From Candidatus Marinacidobacterales bacterium (GTDB taxonomy: Bacteria; Acidobacteriota; Vicinamibacteria; Marinacidobacterales; DATDRI01), in assembly GCA_965226495.1 (NCBI GenBank), contig OZ245365.1:2976001-3040000 (forward strand): a DNA stretch of 64,000 nucleotides. The letters are read 5' to 3'. Positions 57,546 through 64,000 of the stretch are shown here, one piece after another; within the stretch, counting starts at the first letter, position 1; every line of letters begins with the position of its first letter. The notes beneath the pieces are model-generated. The model ran no database searches, had not been told where the DNA came from, and saw nothing but the letters and a program-made list of their open reading frames with translations. Position numbers and translations under genes: made by a program.

Positions 57546-58949
57546 TCAATTCCAGCTAAGCGTGTCGTAGCGTTCTCCGTTCTTCATTATTAGTCGAATC
57601 TTGTGTAGGGCCCGAACATCGGCCCGGGGGTCGCCGTCGACGGAGATGATATCTGCCGCCCGACCCGGTCGAAGCGTGCCGACGATATCATCAAAACCGC
57701 TGATCTCGGCGGCGGAGCCGGTGGCGATGTGAATAACGTCCTTTAGGGGAATGCCGGCTTCCACGAGCCACTCCATGCTGAGCGTGATGCCTCCATAAAT
57801 CGTGTCCAACCCCAGGCTCATCGGGATACCAGCCCGAAACGCCTTCAGAACCTCGGCCTGTCGTTTCTTGACCGCCGGGAAGTGATCCCGGCTGGCCCGG
57901 TTGGACTCGTTGTCAGCGTAAGGTCGATTCTCCGTCTCCCAGTCAGGATGCTCACGCCGCCACGTCACCATAACCTCGCGCATGAAGTTGATCCACTGCT
58001 CCCCCGTCTCCACATCATGATCCAGGTAGCGCCACCACTCGGGAGTGGGACGAAAACCGATGTACACGAGCGGTGTCAGACTCACAGCGGTTCCGTTATC
58101 CTTCAAGAGCTGAATGATCTCGTCGCTCAGCGGACGAGCATGCTCGATGCTATCCGCACCCGCTTCCACCGCGACACGAATCGCGGAACCCCAATTACCC
58201 GTGCAGTGGGCAGTTACAGGGATGCCCGAGGCGTGGGCGACGTCGACCGCGGCCTTGGCCTCTTCGTGCGTGAGCTGACTCTTGGTGGGAGAAAGGTCCA
58301 TCATCGACAGCTTGATCACCCGGGCCCCGTGCTCGAAGTTCGTACGCACGATCTTCACCGCTTCCCAGGGGCCGTCGATTTCGAGAGTGAATGGCGCTCC
58401 ATGGCCACCGGTACCGGTGATGCCTTCTCCCGAAGGGATGATCCGGGGACCGGCGACCATGCCAGAGTCAATCGCATCCTTGATGGCGAAGTCCAGACCC
58501 TGCACTTCTCCCGTCATTCGCATGGTTGTGATTCCGCAGAGAAGCTGGGTCCTTGCGTTCTTGGTGAAACGCATTCCTAGTGCACCCGCGTTCCCGCTGG
58601 CTTGCGCACGACGCCCCAGCGCCCCTCCCCCCGCGTAGCGGTACCGGAGATGGCCATGCGTATCCCAAAGCCCGGGCATGACGGTGTGGTCCCCGAGATC
58701 CAGCGTCTCAGCGTTCGCCGGTATCCTCACATCCGAAGCACGACCAACCGACTCGATGACGCCGTCTCGAACGACCACCACTGCATCGGCGATGGGCTCG
58801 GCGCCGGTGCCGTCGTAGAGCAGTGCGGCCTTGACCGCGAGGGGGCGGTCGGCTTGCGCCGCTTCACCGGCCAGCGGAAAGTGGCTGAAGCAGAAGGAAA
58901 GGATCGCTAACAAGATGGTGCGCTGACCTCGCGGCATCATGTCCTCCAA
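57546..58949 (-). CDS. Amidohydrolase family protein, secreted
   Basis: PGLWDTHGH, IKL, AHC, EHA, GLDT; close paralog of 54362-55744. Confidence 0.9.
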   Translation of the reverse strand: MEDMMPRGQRTILLAILSFCFSHFPLAGEAAQADRPLAVKAALLYDGTGAEPIADAVVVVRDGVIESVGRASDVRIPANAETLDLGDHTVMPGLWDTHGHLRYRYAGGGALGRRAQASGNAGALGMRFTKNARTQLLCGITTMRMTGEVQGLDFAIKDAIDSGMVAGPRIIPSGEGITGTGGHGAPFTLEIDGPWEAVKIVRTNFEHGARVIKLSMMDLSPTKSQLTHEEAKAAVDVAHASGIPVTAHCTGNWGSAIRVAVEAGADSIEHARPLSDEIIQLLKDNGTAVSLTPLVYIGFRPTPEWWRYLDHDVETGEQWINFMREVMVTWRREHPDWETENRPYADNESNRASRDHFPAVKKRQAEVLKAFRAGIPMSLGLDTIYGGITLSMEWLVEAGIPLKDVIHIATGSAAEISGFDDIVGTLRPGRAADIISVDGDPRADVRALHKIRLIMKNGERYDTLSWN

Positions 58950-59004
58950 TGTCCTATTTCCAGATCGGACGTTTGTCCCATTCAGAGATCTGGCCCGTGC
59001 CCCC

Positions 59005-60966
59005 TCAGGGTAAGCTCAGGGCGACTAACTCCGCAGGCTCCGACGCGCCGCCGATCGCCACCACGATGTACTGCTTGCCGTCGATCATGTAAGACATCGG
59101 CGCACCGGTGGCGTTCCCAGGGAGCGGAACTTCTGCGATCAAACTACCGTCACTCGGGTCGAACGCCATGAGAGAGGCGTCCACGTTCGTCAACTTCAAA
59201 CCACCGACGTCCCCTCGCGGGGTGCGCTGCGAGCTCCGGTCACCTTCTTGCGCGACAAAGAGCAATGTTTTGGTCGCCAACGGGAAGCTGCGCCGCGGCC
59301 ACCCCACTCGAGGCAAGTCCAAACCCTCGAGCGCCGGATGGTCGACGGGTCCCTTGCCCAGTGTCGCCACCCACTTGTGCTCCCCAGTGCTCAGATCGAT
59401 GGCGGTCAACCGAGCGTACGGTGGTTTGAAAAGCGGAAGTCCCTGTGGCGCCCCCGGCATCGACACATTACCCATGAGTCTCATGTCGGAGCGCTCTGGA
59501 TCGGGCGCCATCAGCTTGACCGCCGTCGGTGACAAGATGGAGGGAACGTAGAGGGTCTCGGTTTCGGGGTCGAAGGCGGCGCCCGCCCAGCTCGCACCGC
59601 CCGCCCAACCGGGCAAGACGATGGTCACCCGCGTGGTCGGCGGCGTGTACAGGGGACCGTATTCGTATTGCTCCAGGATGGCCTCGCCCTCCGAGCGAAG
59701 CTCGGGCGTGAAATCGATCAGCCGATCAACCGCGACACCCTGCGGCTCGAACGGCGGCGGTTTCGTCGGAAACGGCTGCGTTGGAGAAGACTTCTCACCG
59801 GAAACGGTCGACTGCGGAACGGGACGCTCCTCGATGGGCCAGACGGGCTCTCCCGTCACACGATCGAAAACGAACGTGAAGCCCTGCTTGGTAACTTGTG
59901 CGACGGCCTTGACCTCCTTCCCATCCACAGTAATGTCGACCAAGTTGGGGGCGGCGGGCAGATCATAATCCCAGAGGCCGTGGTGAACGATCTGGAAGTG
60001 CCACACTCGCTGCCCACTCGCAGCGTCGAGCGCCACTAACGCCTCGCCGAACAAGTTGTCGCCGCCGCGGTGCCCTCCATAGAAGTCGTTGGTCGGAGTG
60101 CCAAAGGGAAGGTAAACGTAACCGAGCTCCTCATCGCAGCTCATCAATGTCCAAACGTTAGTATTGCCAGTCGAGCTCCAAGCCCCGTCCTCCCACGTCT
60201 CGACTCCAGTCTCTCCCCGTTGAGGCACAGAGTGGAAAGTCCAGAGCTCTTCGCCGCTCACCGCATCGAATCCCCGCACGTCACCGACCGGCATCTTGGT
60301 GCTGGGCTCGAAGTCACTCATCGAAGACCCCACCACCACAACGTTGCCGCAGACGATCGGTGGCGACGTCATCGTATAAACATCGCGTCGATCGGAGCCG
60401 CGAAGCCCCTCCACCAAATCGATCCGCCCGTTCTCACCAAACCCCTCGATCGGCGCGCCCGTCTCCGCGTCGAGCGCTACCAGATGCGCGTCTCCGGTGG
60501 CGATGAATACTCTCCCCTCCCAAAACTCAACGCCGCGATGGATGAACCACTTCGAGGGCGTATCATTCTTCCAAGATTCCGGGTCGAAAGACCAGAGCGT
60601 CTCACCCGTCCGCGCATCGATAGCGGCGACTTGACTCAGCGAAGTGCTGGTATAGAGAACGCCATCGATCGTGACGGGTGTCACTTCGTAGGCCCATGAC
60701 CAAAGCTCCGGATTCCGATCGAGCACTTCCTTTTCGACCGAAACCCACCGCCACGCGATTTGCAGATCGCCAACGTTCTCGGCGCGAATCTGGTCGAGAG
60801 CCACGTACTTGGAGCTCGCCTTGTCCGATCCATAGGACCGCCAGTCGATATTGTCGAGTGGGTCCGGGGCGTTCACCTTCTCCGGGCTCGCACAGGAAAC
60901 GAGTATCCCTGCCACGCCAACCGTAATGAAGAGAACAAAGACAGCAGCAGTTTGTCTCATTTTCAA
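59005..60966 (-). CDS. PQQ-dependent dehydrogenase (glucose/quinate/shikimate-like), lipoprotein
   Basis: WHFQIVHHGLWDYD, KQGFTFVFDRVTGEP, PMSYMIDGKQY; beta-propeller Trp repeats. Confidence 0.92.
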   Translation of the reverse strand: MKMRQTAAVFVLFITVGVAGILVSCASPEKVNAPDPLDNIDWRSYGSDKASSKYVALDQIRAENVGDLQIAWRWVSVEKEVLDRNPELWSWAYEVTPVTIDGVLYTSTSLSQVAAIDARTGETLWSFDPESWKNDTPSKWFIHRGVEFWEGRVFIATGDAHLVALDAETGAPIEGFGENGRIDLVEGLRGSDRRDVYTMTSPPIVCGNVVVVGSSMSDFEPSTKMPVGDVRGFDAVSGEELWTFHSVPQRGETGVETWEDGAWSSTGNTNVWTLMSCDEELGYVYLPFGTPTNDFYGGHRGGDNLFGEALVALDAASGQRVWHFQIVHHGLWDYDLPAAPNLVDITVDGKEVKAVAQVTKQGFTFVFDRVTGEPVWPIEERPVPQSTVSGEKSSPTQPFPTKPPPFEPQGVAVDRLIDFTPELRSEGEAILEQYEYGPLYTPPTTRVTIVLPGWAGGASWAGAAFDPETETLYVPSILSPTAVKLMAPDPERSDMRLMGNVSMPGAPQGLPLFKPPYARLTAIDLSTGEHKWVATLGKGPVDHPALEGLDLPRVGWPRRSFPLATKTLLFVAQEGDRSSQRTPRGDVGGLKLTNVDASLMAFDPSDGSLIAEVPLPGNATGAPMSYMIDGKQYIVVAIGGASEPAELVALSLP

Positions 60967-61940
60967 AAGATATCCTGGTCTTTCGACGACACGAGCGGAC
61001 CTTGATAACCGAATCCGCGGATTTCCTTGACGTTCGCTTCCGGGTCGTCGCTATAGTTCTGCTCGTGATACAAAACAAGTAAGCCTGGTCGTACCTTGTC
61101 CGCCAACCGAGCGAGCTCTTCGGTGGAGGTGTGATAGAGACCCATTGATTTTTTCTTGCTCTCGATGTCGTTTCCGCCCCACGGGGCATTCGCCAACCCC
61201 TCCAACCCAAACACTTCGTGAACCAAGATATCGGCACCCCGACTCGCGGCTTCGATACCTGCACAAGGAACGGTATCGCCGGAGATGGTAACGACTCGAT
61301 CCGGTGTCGTGAATCGGTAGGCTAGAGTCAACGGGAAGCCGGCATGTTTGGTTTCGAATGCCTCCACCTTGACGTCATCGTCCTCGTAGACCAGGCCCGG
61401 ACCGGGGACGATGTGCCCCACGGATCTCCAAGCCGTATCACTCTTTTGGGCGGGACCGTGAACGAACTCATCGATCGCCGGTCGATAGGCCTTGAGGATA
61501 TACGCCACCAAATCGTCGGTCCCGGGTGGTCCGTACACGTGAGCCGGTTCAAGTCGTACCTGCTTACCCATCGACCAAGGATGGAGAAGTATCGCCGGCA
61601 AGCCAATGATGTGATCGACATGGAGGTGGGTCAGGAAGAAGTGATTCAGGTTGGGGGCCGCGAGTGCCTCTATTTCTCCACCGAAGAGCGGCGTCGCCGC
61701 ACCGGTGGCCCTCCAGATGCCTTCGCCGGCATCCACGATGTAGGGCCGCCCGTTCACAACCACGGCGACAGCCGGGCCACGGCGGTGAGGATCGGGGAGC
61801 GGCGTCCCCGAACCGAGGATCACAACCTTGGTGGTGTCCGACGGTGAGTATTCTCCTCCCAATACGGGAGGCACAATGCAGATCCCCGTTGCGACGATGA
61901 ACGCCGTCACTGAAGTAGCCTGACAAGCCGGGTTTCTCAT
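60963..61940 (-). CDS. MBL-fold metallohydrolase (RNase Z/AtsA-like), secreted
   Basis: LGSGTP, VDAG, THLHVDH, SGDT, HEV, YHT. Confidence 0.9.
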   Translation of the reverse strand: MRNPACQATSVTAFIVATGICIVPPVLGGEYSPSDTTKVVILGSGTPLPDPHRRGPAVAVVVNGRPYIVDAGEGIWRATGAATPLFGGEIEALAAPNLNHFFLTHLHVDHIIGLPAILLHPWSMGKQVRLEPAHVYGPPGTDDLVAYILKAYRPAIDEFVHGPAQKSDTAWRSVGHIVPGPGLVYEDDDVKVEAFETKHAGFPLTLAYRFTTPDRVVTISGDTVPCAGIEAASRGADILVHEVFGLEGLANAPWGGNDIESKKKSMGLYHTSTEELARLADKVRPGLLVLYHEQNYSDDPEANVKEIRGFGYQGPLVSSKDQDIF

Positions 61941-63316
61941 GATTCTATAAGTATCGAGCGTGCACGTTGGAGCTCGTCGAGCGCCTCTTGGGTCAAAGTT
62001 GCTCTTGAGAAAAACGCGTCACCGGCCTCACGGATGAGACGATCCGCCTTTCGCAACCATCCCACGGCTATCGGATGGAGATTCACTCCGTCCAGAACGA
62101 TGATGGCGTCCTCTGTCTCGTACCCTGCACGTCGGACCAACTCTCGCGCTCGCTCGTTCTCGAAGAGACCTTTTTCTAGGCTCGTCTCCAACAGTTGGGT
62201 GGTTTCCCGAATGTTTTCGAGTGCGTTGATTACCCTCAAAAAACCACCGATCGCCAGGACTTCGCTGGCGGACAAATTGGTGTCGGTTCCAAATCGCTTG
62301 CGGAGCGCGACCCCTACCGGCCCGTTCTTGAACGTGTCGAGATTGTAGATGTCTACCGCTTCTTCGACCGACTTCACGAACCCGCTATGGAAGAGCGGCC
62401 CCGCGTCAGCCGCCTCGACCACCGGCGGGGTATTGAATTGGTGCGTGTCGCCGTAGCCGTTGTCCAGCGGAATGAGCTCGGTCGGCTTTCCCGGTGCGAA
62501 TTCCTCGCCGGTGGCATGGACGATGCTGCCGAGATTCACGATGTGACCCTCGGGGAGTACGGATACTTGGAGCGAAGACGCTCCTCCATTGATATGACAG
62601 GCATTGCACCGACCGTTCTTCTGATCTTTGTCGATGAAGAGCTCTTGTCCGCGCAGCGCGAGATCTCCCTTCAACGCCAGTGGCAGAGAGAGCTCCTCCT
62701 GGCGTCCGAGTGTCAGCATGAACGCCTCGAGCGCGTCCAATTCCTCGTCGGTGGGGCGGCGAAAATCAACTCCCGGATCGCGATTCAAGGTCTTGGGCAT
62801 ATGCTGCGCAATGGCGCCAATAGCGAAAGACCGGAGGCTTCCGTCCCCGGGGGCACCGTCGCCGGCCCATCCGGTAAGTGGCCCCATGAAGTCGAGTCGG
62901 TTCTCGGCACCTTCGAACTCCATGCCATCAATCGACGTGCGAACCGAACGAAGCGATTGGACGGTGTGAAGAATGAAGTCGTTCTCGAGATCACCATAGC
63001 CATTCGGGTTGCCTATGATCAAGCCGTACTCTCGCAATAGTTCGGGGTCTTCGAAATTCTCCTTCAACTCCGGGACGAACTCGTGGACAAAGAGCGGATC
63101 GTCATCCGGCAAGGTGGCAATGAAGGCCGGTGTGATCCGCCAGTTGTCTTCGGGGCGATGGCAGGTCGAGCACGTTCTACCGTTGCCATCGAAGGTCTCG
63201 TTGAAGAAAATTTCCTCCCCCTTAGCAACAAGGTCGACTTCCAGACTCGAAGGCGGAGACGAAAAGACTGAAAGCAAAAGCGCAAGCAATGCGCCACTGG
63301 CCAAGGCTACCTTCAC
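61937..63316 (-). CDS. Di-heme cytochrome c (cytochrome c peroxidase/MauG superfamily-like)
   Basis: CSTCH and CNACH; FNTPPVVEAADAGPLFHSG; signal peptide. Confidence 0.8.
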   Translation of the reverse strand: MKVALASGALLALLLSVFSSPPSSLEVDLVAKGEEIFFNETFDGNGRTCSTCHRPEDNWRITPAFIATLPDDDPLFVHEFVPELKENFEDPELLREYGLIIGNPNGYGDLENDFILHTVQSLRSVRTSIDGMEFEGAENRLDFMGPLTGWAGDGAPGDGSLRSFAIGAIAQHMPKTLNRDPGVDFRRPTDEELDALEAFMLTLGRQEELSLPLALKGDLALRGQELFIDKDQKNGRCNACHINGGASSLQVSVLPEGHIVNLGSIVHATGEEFAPGKPTELIPLDNGYGDTHQFNTPPVVEAADAGPLFHSGFVKSVEEAVDIYNLDTFKNGPVGVALRKRFGTDTNLSASEVLAIGGFLRVINALENIRETTQLLETSLEKGLFENERARELVRRAGYETEDAIIVLDGVNLHPIAVGWLRKADRLIREAGDAFFSRATLTQEALDELQRARSILIES

Positions 63317-64000
63317 GATTTCTCTCCCTGTGGCAAAAGTAAAAGCTTCCCCACGCTCTCTCGACTTTCCATGAGCCGATGGGCTTCGGACGCACGGTCG
63401 AGAGGTAGTCGTTGCGTAATCATCGGTCGGATTTTCCCTGCTTCATAGAGTCCCAGCAGCGCGTTCCACGAGGGATCGATGAGCTCGTGCCGCTCCGCGA
63501 AGAACACACTCAAGTTGAGCGCTGCGAATGTCGAGCTCGTACGCAGCAGGTCGTAAGGGTGCACCGCTAGGCCTTCGCCACTCGCGATCCCGAAGAGAAC
63601 GAGACGTCCGAGAGGGGCAAGACACGCGAGAGCCTCCTTGAAGACGCCGCCGCCCACCGACTCGAGAAGGAGATCCGCACCTCGGCCTTCCGTTCGGTCT
63701 CGCACGTATGCTGCCAGGCTCTCCGAACGATAGTCGACCGAGTACTCGACCCCCAGCCCTTTTAAGACCTTGAGCTTGCCTTCGGAACCCACGCCCCCGA
63801 TGACGCGAAGCTTCTGGGCCAAGGCCAATTGAACCAAGGCGGTCCCCACTCCACCCGCGGCCGCCGTAATCACTACCCACTCGCCCTCACGCGCTCCGCC
63901 GAGCGTGTTGAGTGCGTGGTACGCGGTGAGAAAAACATGGGTAAAAGCGGCCCCGTGTCCGAAGCTCATCGAGGGAGCCAGGGGCAGCGCGTAGTTTTCC
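63313..64000 (-). CDS. NADPH:quinone oxidoreductase (MDR family), C-terminal part; start lies outside the window
   Basis: TAYHAL, AAAGGVG, GRLVLFG, GKLLL. Confidence 0.88.
   Translation of the reverse strand, partial: ENYALPLAPSMSFGHGAAFTHVFLTAYHALNTLGGAREGEWVVITAAAGGVGTALVQLALAQKLRVIGGVGSEGKLKVLKGLGVEYSVDYRSESLAAYVRDRTEGRGADLLLESVGGGVFKEALACLAPLGRLVLFGIASGEGLAVHPYDLLRTSSTFAALNLSVFFAERHELIDPSWNALLGLYEAGKIRPMITQRLPLDRASEAHRLMESRESVGKLLLLPQGEKS

Noticed and set aside
1-64000. tRNA, rRNA, known riboswitch, prophage or defence island
   Set aside because: No such motifs were recognised by eye. Intergenic spaces are short and mostly explained by repeats; a covariance-model scan would be needed to exclude small RNAs.

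Overview
GC-rich bacterial DNA, densely coding. The gene content (many Tat/Sec-exported hydrolases, MglA-like fusion, REP-like repeats) suggests an environmental Acidobacteriota-like genome; this is inference only. No rRNA, tRNA or CRISPR array was seen. From left to right: a truncated TonB-dependent receptor; a cysteine dioxygenase with an MglA-GTPase/GAF/pseudo-kinase fusion; a three-gene RiPP-like cassette (HPr-kinase-like kinase, PqqD/RRE fused to a twin-arginine leader and a 10-Cys core, nucleotidyltransferase); an SDR and a cyclase pseudogene; rhomboid, deacylase and sulfatase; a vapBC module with a palindromic operator; a PilZ fusion; a redox/aminotransferase/AmpG/GlpD block; lipocalin-like proteins; two frameshifted genes; a MITE; a heme-oxygenase-like enzyme with a sodium:solute symporter; a TPR gene split by an IS3-family element; nth; a dipeptidase; a His-rich RAPP leader ORF in front of a CzcCBA-like efflux operon; and a ~19.5 kb minus-strand run of amidohydrolases and other catabolic enzymes. 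The best candidates for undescribed biology are the RRE-Tat-Cys-rich peptide cassette (4053-6613) and the RAPP arrest-peptide/anti-Shine-Dalgarno switch controlling the metal efflux operon (37758-38286). All calls come from motif recognition by eye; no database searches were run.
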